NCBI GenBank assembly: GCA_963826785.1
Contig: CAWGYD010000010.1
Span: forward strand, 224,001-288,000
From: an uncultured delta proteobacterium
GTDB taxonomy: Bacteria > Desulfobacterota > Desulfobacteria > Desulfobacterales > Desulfosalsimonadaceae
Direction of reading: 5' to 3'
Length of the DNA stretch: 64,000 nucleotides
Numbering within the stretch: position 1 is the stretch's first letter; each line of letters starts with the position of its first letter. Position numbers and translations under genes: made by a program. The notes under the pieces are model-generated. The model was given only the letters and a program-made list of their open reading frames with translations. It searched no databases and was not told the DNA's origin. This document shows positions 10,349 through 20,865 of the stretch, piece after piece.

Positions 10349-11866
10349 ATGGCAAAAATTAAACCGAAAAATCCGCGGATACTGATTGTCACGCCTGAAA
10401 CCACCTATCTTCCCGAAGGGATGGGAAACCTGGCCAACAGCATGACCGCCAAGGCCGGCGGGCTGGCGGACGTGTCCGCCTCCCTGATCAGTTCCCTGTT
10501 CACCCTGGGTGCGGACGTGCATGTGGCGCTTCCGGATTACCGGGCCATGTTCGACACCCAGATGGATCCGGTGCTTCGGCGGCAGCGGCACATCATCCGT
10601 TCCACCATGCCCCAGGACCGGGTGCACCTGGCCGAAGACCGGGCCTTTTTCTATCTTCACAACGTGTATTCGAGCTACGGGTGGGAGAATATGCGGATTT
10701 CACTGGCATTCCAGCGGGAGGTGATGAACCACATCGTTCCGAGGGTCAAACCGGACCTGATCCACTGCAATGACTGGATGACCGCCCTGGTCCCCGCCAT
10801 GGCCCGGCGGATGGAAGTGCCGTGCCTGTTCACGCTGCACAACATCCATACGGTAAAGGCCACCCTGGAGCATATCGAGGACCGGGGAATCGATGCGGCC
10901 TACTTCTGGGATCATCTGTATTATGAGTTTCCGGGCGACGAATATGAAGCCATCCGGGAGAATGACCCGGTTGATTTTCTCACCAGCGGTGTTTTCGCCT
11001 CCCATTATGTGAATACGGTCAGTCCCACGTTTTTAAGGGAGATCGTCAACGGCTGGCATGATTTCGTCCCCCCTTCCCTGCGTCAGGAATTGAGAAACAA
11101 ATGGTACGCGGATTGCGGCCTGGGGATATTGAATGCACCGGATCCCAGTTTCAATCCGGCCACGGATGCCGCCCTGGCCCGCCGGTATACGGCAGATGAT
11201 CACGTGGCGGGCAAATTGGAAAACAAGCGGCACCTTCAGCGGACGCTGGGGCTGGTGCGTGATGACAAGGCCCCTGTTTTTTTCTGGCCGTCACGCCTGG
11301 ATAACCTTCAGAAAGGCTGCCAGCTACTGGCGGAAATTCTCTACCACGTGGTCAGCACGTTCTGGTCCCGGAACCTGCAGGTGGTTTTCGTGGCCAATGG
11401 AAGTTTTAAAAAGCATTTCGTGGACATCGTCAATTATCACGGCATCGAAAACCGGGTGGCGGTCTGTGAATTCGACGAAAACCTCTCCCGGATCGCCTAT
11501 GCGGGCGCGGACTTCGTCCTGATGCCCTCGCTTTTTGAACCGTGCGGCCTGCCCCAGATGATTGCGCCGATTTACGGCACCCTGCCGGTGGCCCGGGATA
11601 CCGGCGGAATTCACGACACGGTCACCCATTTTCACCCCGAGACGGATACCGGAAATGGCTTCCTGTTCGAAACCTATGATTCCGGCGGCCTGTTCTGGGC
11701 GATCCAGCAGGCCATCCACCGATTCTACGATCTGCCGCCCGATCAGCGGGCAGCGCACATCCGGCGGATCATGGACCATGCCATCAATACCTTCAACAAC
11801 GATGTCAATGCCCGCCAGTACATGGATCTATACGAACGGATGCTGCAGCGCCCGCTGATCAATTGA
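10349..11866 (+). CDS. glgA: Glycogen/starch synthase (GT5)
   Basis: KAGGLADV ADP-glucose motif, HCNDW, TVSPT, GILNA, MPSLFEPCGLPQM, TGGIHDTV. Confidence 0.92.
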   Translation: MAKIKPKNPRILIVTPETTYLPEGMGNLANSMTAKAGGLADVSASLISSLFTLGADVHVALPDYRAMFDTQMDPVLRRQRHIIRSTMPQDRVHLAEDRAFFYLHNVYSSYGWENMRISLAFQREVMNHIVPRVKPDLIHCNDWMTALVPAMARRMEVPCLFTLHNIHTVKATLEHIEDRGIDAAYFWDHLYYEFPGDEYEAIRENDPVDFLTSGVFASHYVNTVSPTFLREIVNGWHDFVPPSLRQELRNKWYADCGLGILNAPDPSFNPATDAALARRYTADDHVAGKLENKRHLQRTLGLVRDDKAPVFFWPSRLDNLQKGCQLLAEILYHVVSTFWSRNLQVVFVANGSFKKHFVDIVNYHGIENRVAVCEFDENLSRIAYAGADFVLMPSLFEPCGLPQMIAPIYGTLPVARDTGGIHDTVTHFHPETDTGNGFLFETYDSGGLFWAIQQAIHRFYDLPPDQRAAHIRRIMDHAINTFNNDVNARQYMDLYERMLQRPLIN

Positions 11867-11913
11867 GGGATAAGAAAAAATCACGACTCCCCTGCCGCAG
11901 CGTTCTACAAGCG

Positions 11914-13242
11914 CTATTTCTCTCTGGCAGGGGTTTTTTCAGAAATATCCTCGCGCTCCTGGACGATGTGGGCGATGGCAGCGGCCTTTTCGGACAGCAT
12001 TTCCCATTCGATGCGGATGCGGCGCAGGAGTTTGTCCCACATGTCCTCTTCCTCCACCCGCAAATGGCAGCGGTTCTGAACCAGACATTCCATGGCAATG
12101 GCCGATTCATACAGACGCGCCAGCTTCCCGGAACATCTCTCCCGTGAAAATTCGGCCGCTGTTTTCGAAATGTGGGCTTGCCATTGATGCCTAAGATTCT
12201 GATCGCTGAAAAAATTGATGATGGCCGCCGAAAAAGAATCGGTATCCGCATCCGGGGGAAGCAGCCGGCCGTTTTCGCCTTCCGCCACCACCTCCCGCGC
12301 CCCGGAGGCATCCAGCGCGATTACGGGTTTTCCAGCGGCCATGGCTTCAGCCAGGACCATCCCCTGGGTCTCCGATTTTGAAGAAAATACGAACAGATCC
12401 ATGGCGGCATAGGCATCATAAAGATCCGGTCCGGTCAGTTTGCCGGTCAGGATGAGCCGGTCTTCTAATTTCATTTCCCTGAAGATATCCTTAACCTCGG
12501 ATTGGCTCGGTCCGGAACCGACCACCAGGAAGCGGGCGGACGGCATCGCTTTTACGGCGGTCGCCGCCGCTCGTGCCAGGTAGGCCAGATTCTTTTCCGG
12601 TGCCAGTCGGCCCACGTGCCCCATCACCTGCGCATCTTTGCCGATTCCCGTTTTTTGCCGAAACCGGCTGCCATTTCCGGTTTGAAACACACGCGTATCA
12701 ATCCCTGTGGGGATTACGGCAATTGGAGATATCACGCCCCTTTCTTCAATCAGCTTGGCGATGGATTCACTGGGCGCAATCACCTGGGAGCACATGTTTG
12801 CGTACTCGGTGGAAAGATGAATCACGAACCGCTTCATGGCCGCCGAATCGGCTGGTACGTAATGGGTGTACTCTTCATACCGGGTATGATGGGTAAACAC
12901 CAGGGGCAGCTTCAACCGAAAAGCCGTTCGCATGCCCGCATCCCCCATGATGTAGGGGTGATGGCTGTGAATCAGGTCCGGCTTGAAGTCATCGATCTTG
13001 TCGGCAATGATAAAGGGGATGGGAATTCTGACGGAAAAGTCGCCCCCTGAAAAATTCTGGATGGCGGGCACCCGGAGAATTTCTTCGGCATTTTCTTCAC
13101 TCGAATCCGAATTCTTAAAGGTCGGCGCAACGATCAGCACCTTATGCCCCATCTGCCGGAGGTCTTGTGCAAACGCCGCCACTGAATTGGCCACACCGCC
13201 AACGTGGGGCAGATAGGTATTGGTGAACATGCATATTCTCAT
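11914..13242 (-). CDS. GT4 family glycosyltransferase (diacylglycerol glucosyltransferase-like)
   Basis: FTNTYLPHVGGV, HSHHP, THHT, GRLAPEKN, SKSETQGMVLAEAMAAG; ATGA overlap with upstream gene. Confidence 0.88.
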   Translation of the reverse strand: MRICMFTNTYLPHVGGVANSVAAFAQDLRQMGHKVLIVAPTFKNSDSSEENAEEILRVPAIQNFSGGDFSVRIPIPFIIADKIDDFKPDLIHSHHPYIMGDAGMRTAFRLKLPLVFTHHTRYEEYTHYVPADSAAMKRFVIHLSTEYANMCSQVIAPSESIAKLIEERGVISPIAVIPTGIDTRVFQTGNGSRFRQKTGIGKDAQVMGHVGRLAPEKNLAYLARAAATAVKAMPSARFLVVGSGPSQSEVKDIFREMKLEDRLILTGKLTGPDLYDAYAAMDLFVFSSKSETQGMVLAEAMAAGKPVIALDASGAREVVAEGENGRLLPPDADTDSFSAAIINFFSDQNLRHQWQAHISKTAAEFSRERCSGKLARLYESAIAMECLVQNRCHLRVEEEDMWDKLLRRIRIEWEMLSEKAAAIAHIVQEREDISEKTPAREK

Positions 13243-15506
13243 GCAGCCGAAGCCTCCTGAAGGCAAATATAATGGGTTGAAAAATCGGTGATCTGCAAAG
13301 CCAGATACCCCGGGACGGAGACGGACAGATAGGAAAGCCCTTCTTCATATTTCGGAAAATCTTCGTTCCACCGCAGTTCCAGTCCGTTTTCGGACGGGGT
13401 AAACCGCACGGAAATGGGGCCGTAGGGCGTGGGCGTCGGACCGAATTCAACGGATGCCCCGGTTTCGAGCCATTCGGGAAAAATGCCGGCGCCCAGCACC
13501 AAACCGTTTTTCTCTTCGCGAACAAAGAGATGGCGGATCATCATGATCCATTCAGCAGCGGCCCACGCATGCTGGCCGTCGCCCATGCAGCCGCCCAGGG
13601 TAATGGGATGGATGGCTTCGGGCCACTGGCCGGTGGGGGAAGCCAGCCCGGCCACATCTTTTACCAGCTGCCGGTAACGCCCGTCCCCTTTCCGCAGCAG
13701 CGTCTGGGCAATGGCCAGCGTCAGATAGGCATTCAGGCCGGAATGAATCATGTCCTGAAAAAATGCGCCTTTATGAAAGCAATGGGCCATGAGGAACTCG
13801 GCGGTTTTTAAAATCCGGTCATCGCCGGATTCGATCAGCTGAAGGGGATAATCGGCCACCATGGAGCCGATGGCACCGGCATCCATGCGGCGGTAGGGGG
13901 TGGCCGGGATTGCACCGCCGCACGCTTCGGCGGAGGCGTTCACGCTGGAGAAAATGCATTTTTCGAAATGATCCGCTTCCGTTTCAAACCGCTGCTGATG
14001 ACGGTATGTTCCAAACCGGCCGGCCAGGCGCCCGGCGGCCCTCAGACCGGCCAGCCCCCAGAAATCATCCCAGTAATAAAAATCATTGGGGCCCAGGTGC
14101 TCTGCGGAGAAACCGGCCGGAAGCAGCCCATGGTGCGCAGATGAGCGGCTTTTCCGATCCCGCTTGTTCCGGATCCATTCCGCGCCTTTAATGACCGCTT
14201 CCATCCATTGACTGCTGATGTCCTGCCGGGACAGCTGATGGTAACGGTCGATGATCCATAGGACCTGACCGTTTGAATCCCATTCGCCATCCTGGGAGTG
14301 AAAATACCCGGTTCGCTTCTGGCGCTCCGGAAAGGAATTGAGCAGCCGATAGACCCGGCCGGTCAATCCCAGCGCCAGCAGGGCATTGATCATCAGGCAG
14401 GCATCCCTGAACCAGAACCGGCGGTAGGTGTACGGTCCCGGGTAGATCTCTTCGGCGCTCATCAGCACCAGGCTCCGGACGGCCGCATCATAGAGAAATT
14501 TCATCCGTTCATCCGGAATGTCAAGGGCGGCTGCCCGGCGGATATACTTGGACCATGAATCGTCCGAAGAAAATTTCAATCCGCTCTTCCGGGGCAGACC
14601 TTCGCTGAGGCCGATTTTCAAATCGATGGTTTTGGTATGCCCCGGCCGCAGGCGGAACAGGGCAGCGGATGTGGCCATGCCCACATCGCAGGAGATGGAA
14701 AATCGTGGAGGGACAATATCCAGCCGGTTTAATACATCTCCCTGATGATAATTTGAAAATGCGACCCGCTCCGGCTTTTCGCTCATCGAAATCACGGTCC
14801 GGGAGTTGACCTCCAATCCCGGCAGCTTGGAATTCAACTTGATCTTTTCGATAAACTGAACCCCTTCGGGATTATAGGGCCGAATGGCCGCCGCCAGCAT
14901 CCCGCTGCTGCCCGAACATGCGGAAGCGGAAATTTCCAATACCGGCGCACCGTTTTCGATCTCGAGGCGGACATGGGTGATCAGCTGCATGCCACCTTTT
15001 TCGCACCTTGTTTGAACTGCCAGGTTGGGATGCAGGATCCACTGCTGGTGAGCGTCCGGCTGCCGGGAAGGATAGAGTTCGCCCTCTTCGGACAGGACCC
15101 AGAAATCAATGGACCAGCCGTCAAAAAGGGGAGTGATCAGTCCCCGGGGGTCCACAATGGGATATAGCGGCAGTTCCGGGTGACCCACCGCCGTCCAGTT
15201 CCGGTGGGTCAGGTTGATGTGGCTGAATGAAAAAGCGCGGGGAATGAACGATTCATCCCGGGGGTTGAATTGTTTCTCGACCCAGTAGGGCCACAGCCAG
15301 TCCAGATTGTGCTGAATCGCCTTGGTGTTGATCAGGCCGCGCGCGTGAAAGGCAATGCCCGCACGGATCAGTTCGATGGGTTCCTGCACCTCCGAGGGCT
15401 GGGCAAACTGCCGCAGCCGGGCGAGAAACATGATCGGATCGATAAAACCGTAAGCCCTGGCGGTTCTTTGAATCAAAAACCGCCAGGGAATCCATTTTTT
15501 CAACAA
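13239..15506 (-). CDS. Six-hairpin glycosidase-like protein of unknown specificity
   Basis: YRRFWFRD, EWDSNGQ, YYWDDFWG, WPEAIHP, GDGQHAWAAA resemble (alpha/alpha)6 glycoside hydrolase/phosphorylase motifs. Confidence 0.6.
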   Translation of the reverse strand: MLKKWIPWRFLIQRTARAYGFIDPIMFLARLRQFAQPSEVQEPIELIRAGIAFHARGLINTKAIQHNLDWLWPYWVEKQFNPRDESFIPRAFSFSHINLTHRNWTAVGHPELPLYPIVDPRGLITPLFDGWSIDFWVLSEEGELYPSRQPDAHQQWILHPNLAVQTRCEKGGMQLITHVRLEIENGAPVLEISASACSGSSGMLAAAIRPYNPEGVQFIEKIKLNSKLPGLEVNSRTVISMSEKPERVAFSNYHQGDVLNRLDIVPPRFSISCDVGMATSAALFRLRPGHTKTIDLKIGLSEGLPRKSGLKFSSDDSWSKYIRRAAALDIPDERMKFLYDAAVRSLVLMSAEEIYPGPYTYRRFWFRDACLMINALLALGLTGRVYRLLNSFPERQKRTGYFHSQDGEWDSNGQVLWIIDRYHQLSRQDISSQWMEAVIKGAEWIRNKRDRKSRSSAHHGLLPAGFSAEHLGPNDFYYWDDFWGLAGLRAAGRLAGRFGTYRHQQRFETEADHFEKCIFSSVNASAEACGGAIPATPYRRMDAGAIGSMVADYPLQLIESGDDRILKTAEFLMAHCFHKGAFFQDMIHSGLNAYLTLAIAQTLLRKGDGRYRQLVKDVAGLASPTGQWPEAIHPITLGGCMGDGQHAWAAAEWIMMIRHLFVREEKNGLVLGAGIFPEWLETGASVEFGPTPTPYGPISVRFTPSENGLELRWNEDFPKYEEGLSYLSVSVPGYLALQITDFSTHYICLQEASAA

Positions 15507-15525
15507 AACGCGTCACCTTCACCTG

Positions 15526-16020
15526 CTACTGATTTTTCCCTGGTGTTTTCTGCTCCGGGCTGTCGCCATTTTCCTTCTTTTCGTTTTTGAAATACAGAGA
15601 TTCAAATTCATTCACCAGTTTGCGCAGCCGCTCCACATGAGTCAAATCGGTGGTCTGCTTGCTCAGCATGGCCTGAATCAGCATTTCATGAAGCTGCTGG
15701 AGCTTTTGCACATAATTTTCATCATCGGGTTTCACCCGCTGGGTCATGAAATAATCAGACACGGTTTCCTGTATCTTGTCGGCGTGGATCTCTTTATCGT
15801 CGATCCATCGAACCAATTGATTGTAGTTGATATTTTTTTCTTTTTGCAAAGAGGTGATTGAGTTCATGGCCTTTTCGATGGTGGTGATATCTTCCCGGAT
15901 CATATCGATCCGCATATGGTCGTCATATATGCCGCAGGGAAGCTGACAATGCGCCCACGCCTGGCCGCCTGAGAATAAAAATAGTATTGCGATCAAGATC
16001 ATCTGAAACTTGGTTTTCAT
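15526..16020 (-). CDS. sodN: Nickel superoxide dismutase with Sec signal peptide
   Basis: Ni-hook HCQLPCGIYD directly after the hydrophobic signal ending AWA; GGAGGT RBS before ATG 16020. Confidence 0.9.
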   Translation of the reverse strand: MKTKFQMILIAILFLFSGGQAWAHCQLPCGIYDDHMRIDMIREDITTIEKAMNSITSLQKEKNINYNQLVRWIDDKEIHADKIQETVSDYFMTQRVKPDDENYVQKLQQLHEMLIQAMLSKQTTDLTHVERLRKLVNEFESLYFKNEKKENGDSPEQKTPGKNQ

Positions 16021-16178
16021 GTGCTTACCTCCATTTCCATGGTCAGGTTTAAAACATAGAAACCAGCGGATACTTTTGCGGTTTCGGCCCACCGATTTTT
16101 CCTTACATTTTTTTTGTATCCATGCGATCGGTTCCACCGGCGGCCGGATTCATCAATTCTCGGGGTCAGGCCGCGGGG

Positions 16179-16532
16179 TCAGGCGCATGCCGGTATTTCC
16201 GGAATATATTCCGTCCGCACCGGTGAAAATACCTCCACTGCCACCGAATCTTCCAGAACCGTGGCGCCATGGATGCAGTCTCCGGGAACGCACCAGGCGT
16301 CGCCGGCCGAAACGACCCGGGTTTCGGCACCGACCGTCAATTCCAGCTTGCCCGTAAGCAGGTACCCCGTCTGCTCATGGGGATGCCGATGCATGGGCAG
16401 AACGCTTCCCGCTTCCAGAATGAATTCCGTCATCAGGGTATTTTTGCCGTAAACCAACGTTTTCTGGCGGATGCCGCTGATGGGGCAGTGGTATCCGGCG
16501 TCATCTTTTTGATAAAACACTTTGGTTATCAC
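16179..16532 (-). CDS. Cupin domain protein
   Basis: PMHRHPHEQTGY...GD...VPG..IHG, EVFSPVR. Confidence 0.88.
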   Translation of the reverse strand: MITKVFYQKDDAGYHCPISGIRQKTLVYGKNTLMTEFILEAGSVLPMHRHPHEQTGYLLTGKLELTVGAETRVVSAGDAWCVPGDCIHGATVLEDSVAVEVFSPVRTEYIPEIPACA

Positions 16533-16640
16533 TCCCGTCGTTTAAAAGGTTCCGGCGGAAGCGGGCGCATTTGATCTAAAATCATAGGGATTTCCATGTT
16601 GATGTCAAACCGGATCCCGCCCGCGAACCGCAGTTATGCG

Positions 16641-19412
16641 TCAATTATGCTGATGTAAATCGAGGTCGAAAATGGATCGAACTTTCGTGGCCAGTTCCCT
16701 GATCTGGTAGGGCTTTCCGATGAATTCAGACGCTCCGGAAGCCAATGCCTCTTCGGCATGTCCGGAAGTCGAGTACCCGCTGGCGATCAGTATCTTGGCG
16801 GAAGGATTGATATCCAGGATCTTTTCCATACATTTGAGGCCGCCCATTCCCGGCATGCTCAAATCAAGGATCACCAGATCGATTTCGGCAATGTAGCGCT
16901 GATAAATATCCAGGGCCTCTTCCCCATTTCCGGCACTGATCACCTGGTAGCCGTAATATTCCAGCATCTGCAGCGCCGTATCTCTTACCGCAGCTTCGTC
17001 ATCGACGAGCAGGATGGTTTCGGTCCCGCCCAACTGGGCCGTTTCCGCCGGTACGGCTTCATCGATGACGGCTCCTTCGGTAAGTGCCGGCAGGTAAATT
17101 TTAAAAATGGTCCCATGGCCGAGTTCGCTGTAGCACATGATATACCCGCCATGGCTTTTGACGATTCCATAAACCGAAGCCATTCCCAGTCCGGTTCCCC
17201 TGCCGATTTCCTTGGTGGTGAAAAACGGATCGAAGATATGCTCGACGGTTTTGGGATCCATGCCGCATCCGGTATCCGAAACCGCCAGCAGGACGTAGCT
17301 GCCGGGGGCCGCCCCCAGGTGATCATCGCAATAGGCTTGATCGAGGATCACGTTGCGGGTTTCAACCCGCAGCTTACCGCCTTCGGGCATGGCATCCGCG
17401 GCATTGCTCCCCAGGTTCAGCAGAATTTGCTCCATATGGACCGGATCGCCCTTGACCGGCCACAGGGACGGCTCCAGATCAAACTGCAGGTCGATCATTT
17501 TCGGCAGGGTGTGTTTCAGAAATTTTTGCGCCTGCAGAATCTCCCGGTTCAGTGAAATCGGCCGGTGCCGGCCTTCCATTTTCCGGCTGAATGCCAGCAG
17601 CTGTTCAATCAGGCGGGCCGCCCTTTCCCCTGATTTCTGGAGCTGAAACAGTTTCATATAATCCGGATCATCCTGATTCTTCTTCAACAGCAACAGTTGC
17701 GCATAGCCGTTGATCACCTGAAGGATGTTGTTGAAATCGTGAGCGATTCCCCCGGCCAGGGTGCCGACCGCTTCCATTTTCTGGGCCTGCTGAAGCTGGG
17801 CTTCCAGATTCCTTTTCTGTTCTTCGGCCTGCTTCCGCTCGGTAATATCACGGATAATGCCCCGAAACCCCGATGGAGCATCATTTCCATGGAAAATCGG
17901 AGAAATGGATATTTCCACATAGCGCAGGGATTTATCTTTGCGAATGACTTCCAGGTCAAAGGTTTTGGCGGGCCTGCCCGTTTGATATACGGCGTTGAAT
18001 GCCTGGTAGATTTTCAGGGCATTTATTTCATCCGTATATTGCCGGTAATTCACCCCCAGCATTTCCTCCCGGGCGTATCCCGAAATCCGGCAGATGAAAT
18101 CATTGAAAAAAACAAAGTTGCCATCCAGATCGACCTCGTAATAGCCGTCTTCGATATTCTCCAGAATCGTGCGGTATTTCTCTTCGCTTTCCCGCAGGAC
18201 ATTTTCAAATTTTTTACGCTCCGTGATGTCAATGACCGTTATCATTCCGGCCGGTTTGCCCTCATACATGAAGCTTCCCCCGGAGAGGGACACCCAGATG
18301 CTTTCACCGGATTTGCCGATAATTTTGAAATCATAGGCGGGAGTGGCTGTTTTGCCGGCCTGACGGCGGTTGCCCCGCTCCCGGACCAGGGGCTGGTAAT
18401 CGGGATGGACGATCTCCCAGAATCGCTGGCGATACAATTCCTCCCTTGAAAATCCCGAAATCCGCTCGCCGGCCGGGTTGGTATACACCCAGTAATCGGC
18501 CTGATAGATCATGATGGCAAATGGGCAGGCCTCCGCAAGCGCCCTGAACTTTTCTTCACTCTCTCTGAGTTGGGTGATAATCTGTTTGCGTTCACTGATA
18601 TCGCGATTGATCCCGATGATTCCGATGGCATCGCCTTTTTTATCGCGAATAAATGAAAACTTGGCCTCCGTCCAAATGGTGGAACCATTTTTACAGATCA
18701 TTTCGGCTTCGACCATCTGAAACCGGTCCGGATTTGATGGCCCGGATGACTCCAGCGCCATCTCCGTATCAAAGGTTTCAAGAATTTTTGCCCTGGATTC
18801 AGGCGTCACCATGGTAAGAAGTGAGCGGCCGATCACTTCTTTGACGTCAAATCCCCGCATCGTTCTTATCGACGGGCTGATGTACGTGTAATTCAGGTCC
18901 ATATCCAATGTAAAAATGACATCCTGAAGATTATCGGCCAGCAGGTGGTAATTCTTTTCGGCCATTTCCCGGGCCTGCTCGGCTCGGGCATGTTCTTTCT
19001 CCAACCGGTTTGCATGCAGGGCCATTTCCGTTATCATGCGGATCTGGCGATCTTCGAAGGGCCGTGTCAAATAACCAAATGGGATATAAAGAAAGTGTGC
19101 GGGAATGTGCTTTTCAACACCGGCATCACAGACAAACAGCACCGGCATGCCCCACCGGGCGCGGATCTGTCCTGCGACTTCTAAAGCCGCCTCTTTTTCA
19201 TCCGGATCAACATCGATCAGAGCCAGGGCGGGCGCTAAACTTTCAATGCTTAAAAACACGGCTGTTCCGCTCTTGATCCCCACCGATACGTGAGGAAAGA
19301 GGCATTCGAGCCGGTCTCGGAGTTCCGATGTCCCATCCGTATCCGAACCCACAATCATTATTTCATCATGGCCGCAAAGGAGCGAATTTTTACCAATTTC
19401 AATATGATTCAA
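16641..19412 (-). CDS. Hybrid sensor histidine kinase (degenerate REC, 3 PAS/PAC, HisKA, HATPase, REC)
   Basis: Three DI(S/T)ERK PAC ends, GIAHDFNN H-box, NAADAM, DTGCGM, FFTTK, GTGLG, C-terminal LVDDE..DLSMP..KP. Confidence 0.93.
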   Translation of the reverse strand: MNHIEIGKNSLLCGHDEIMIVGSDTDGTSELRDRLECLFPHVSVGIKSGTAVFLSIESLAPALALIDVDPDEKEAALEVAGQIRARWGMPVLFVCDAGVEKHIPAHFLYIPFGYLTRPFEDRQIRMITEMALHANRLEKEHARAEQAREMAEKNYHLLADNLQDVIFTLDMDLNYTYISPSIRTMRGFDVKEVIGRSLLTMVTPESRAKILETFDTEMALESSGPSNPDRFQMVEAEMICKNGSTIWTEAKFSFIRDKKGDAIGIIGINRDISERKQIITQLRESEEKFRALAEACPFAIMIYQADYWVYTNPAGERISGFSREELYRQRFWEIVHPDYQPLVRERGNRRQAGKTATPAYDFKIIGKSGESIWVSLSGGSFMYEGKPAGMITVIDITERKKFENVLRESEEKYRTILENIEDGYYEVDLDGNFVFFNDFICRISGYAREEMLGVNYRQYTDEINALKIYQAFNAVYQTGRPAKTFDLEVIRKDKSLRYVEISISPIFHGNDAPSGFRGIIRDITERKQAEEQKRNLEAQLQQAQKMEAVGTLAGGIAHDFNNILQVINGYAQLLLLKKNQDDPDYMKLFQLQKSGERAARLIEQLLAFSRKMEGRHRPISLNREILQAQKFLKHTLPKMIDLQFDLEPSLWPVKGDPVHMEQILLNLGSNAADAMPEGGKLRVETRNVILDQAYCDDHLGAAPGSYVLLAVSDTGCGMDPKTVEHIFDPFFTTKEIGRGTGLGMASVYGIVKSHGGYIMCYSELGHGTIFKIYLPALTEGAVIDEAVPAETAQLGGTETILLVDDEAAVRDTALQMLEYYGYQVISAGNGEEALDIYQRYIAEIDLVILDLSMPGMGGLKCMEKILDINPSAKILIASGYSTSGHAEEALASGASEFIGKPYQIRELATKVRSIFDLDLHQHN

Positions 19413-19626
19413 GACGTGTCTACCTGAAATACAGAAGGCCCTTAACTGGATCTATCGGGTTTTATTCGGTTATATGACTTTGTCAATCGATATAAATATC
19501 TATTTTTACTACAATCGATCAAAGCAGATGTCAAATCAAACCATGCGTATGAAGCAATCGGGCAATTGAAAATAGCTGAAGGGGGGTATTCTTTTGCGCG
19601 GCGTGGAAATTTGCGGCAGGAAGGTA

Positions 19627-20502
19627 TCAGTCTTTGAACCGGTAGAGTTCCGTACTCCCGGTTTCCAGGTCTGCGGCGACCATTTGATTCCTGAAGATGC
19701 TTTTTCGCTTCAGCAGGATTTTGATCACCTCCATCGCCTGAAGGGTGCCGATAAGCGCCGGGGTGACTGCGGGAACACCGAGAAGATCCTCGGGGTAAGG
19801 CGGCTCCGGATCCCGGCTACCGTCTCCATAGATTCGGGCAATCCCGGACTCTCCCGGAAATACCGCCATCACCTGCCCCTCGAAGCCGGCGATGGCGCCG
19901 TGGACCAGGGGGATTCCCATCTGTTTAGCCGCCGCCTGAAGAATGCGCCGGCCGCCGATATTATCCATCGCATCAACTGCCACCCGGACCCCGGAAAGAA
20001 TCCCGGCTGCATTTAAATGCGTCAGGGCTTCCCGGAATGGATATACCTCCACAGCCGGATTGATGGCCTCTATCATGCGGGCGGCGGTTTCCGCCTTGTT
20101 TTTCCCCATGCTCTTGGTGGTCGCAAATGACTGGCGGTTTAAATTGGTTTCCTCAAATTCCTGGGGATCGGCGACCACCAGGCCGCCGATGCCGGTCCGG
20201 GCCAGCAGGGTCAGCACATGTCCGCCAAGGCCACCGGCGCCGATGACGGCCACCCGCGATGAAAACAGCACGAGCTGATCGTCAAGTGAGAAACTGCCGC
20301 TGTTGCGGATATACCTGAGCGGCCATATCCCGTTTTTCATGGCCAGAATATGGATCCGGCCAAGTGCGAAATTCCGCTTCCGGGCAATCTCACGGGCATG
20401 GAAGTCCGTGAGCACCCGTTTTTCCAGGCCTGCCGGATCGATCATGTTTTCCGATCGATCGAAGATGACAGAAAGGATATCTTTTTCACATGGGTGCGGC
20501 AT
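19627..20502 (-). CDS. ThiF/MoeB family adenylyltransferase (E1-like)
   Basis: RYIRN, VIGAGGLG, ETNLNRQ, NKA, DAMDN. Confidence 0.9.
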   Translation of the reverse strand: MPHPCEKDILSVIFDRSENMIDPAGLEKRVLTDFHAREIARKRNFALGRIHILAMKNGIWPLRYIRNSGSFSLDDQLVLFSSRVAVIGAGGLGGHVLTLLARTGIGGLVVADPQEFEETNLNRQSFATTKSMGKNKAETAARMIEAINPAVEVYPFREALTHLNAAGILSGVRVAVDAMDNIGGRRILQAAAKQMGIPLVHGAIAGFEGQVMAVFPGESGIARIYGDGSRDPEPPYPEDLLGVPAVTPALIGTLQAMEVIKILLKRKSIFRNQMVAADLETGSTELYRFKD

Positions 20503-20622
20503 TTTTCCTTTTAAAAACAGATGATCCGCGATTATACTTTAACGGCATTTATGCAGCCGGTGTGATGCCGTGCGAAAATTGCCGGTGAAAACGCACATCA
20601 ACTTTAAAAAAATGGGATTGGC

Positions 20623-20862
20623 ATGAAGGTTGAACTTCATCTTTTTGCGACATTGGCGAAATATCTGCCGCCCGGAGCGGAAGCCAAAACTGCCTGGATA
20701 AATATCCCGGAGTCCGCACGTATCTGCGACCTGATGGAAGAACTGGATATCCCATCTGCCCGGGTGAAGCTGATCTTCTTAAACGGTGTCCATGCGGACA
20801 GGCAACACCCCCTGAAAGACGGGGACCGGGTGGGGATGTTTCCGCCCGTGGGCGGCGGATAG
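20623..20862 (+). CDS. moaD: MoaD/ThiS ubiquitin-like sulfur carrier
   Basis: LFATL, IFLNG, LKDGDRV, C-terminal PPVGGG. Confidence 0.88.
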   Translation: MKVELHLFATLAKYLPPGAEAKTAWINIPESARICDLMEELDIPSARVKLIFLNGVHADRQHPLKDGDRVGMFPPVGGG

Positions 20863-20865
20863 CGA

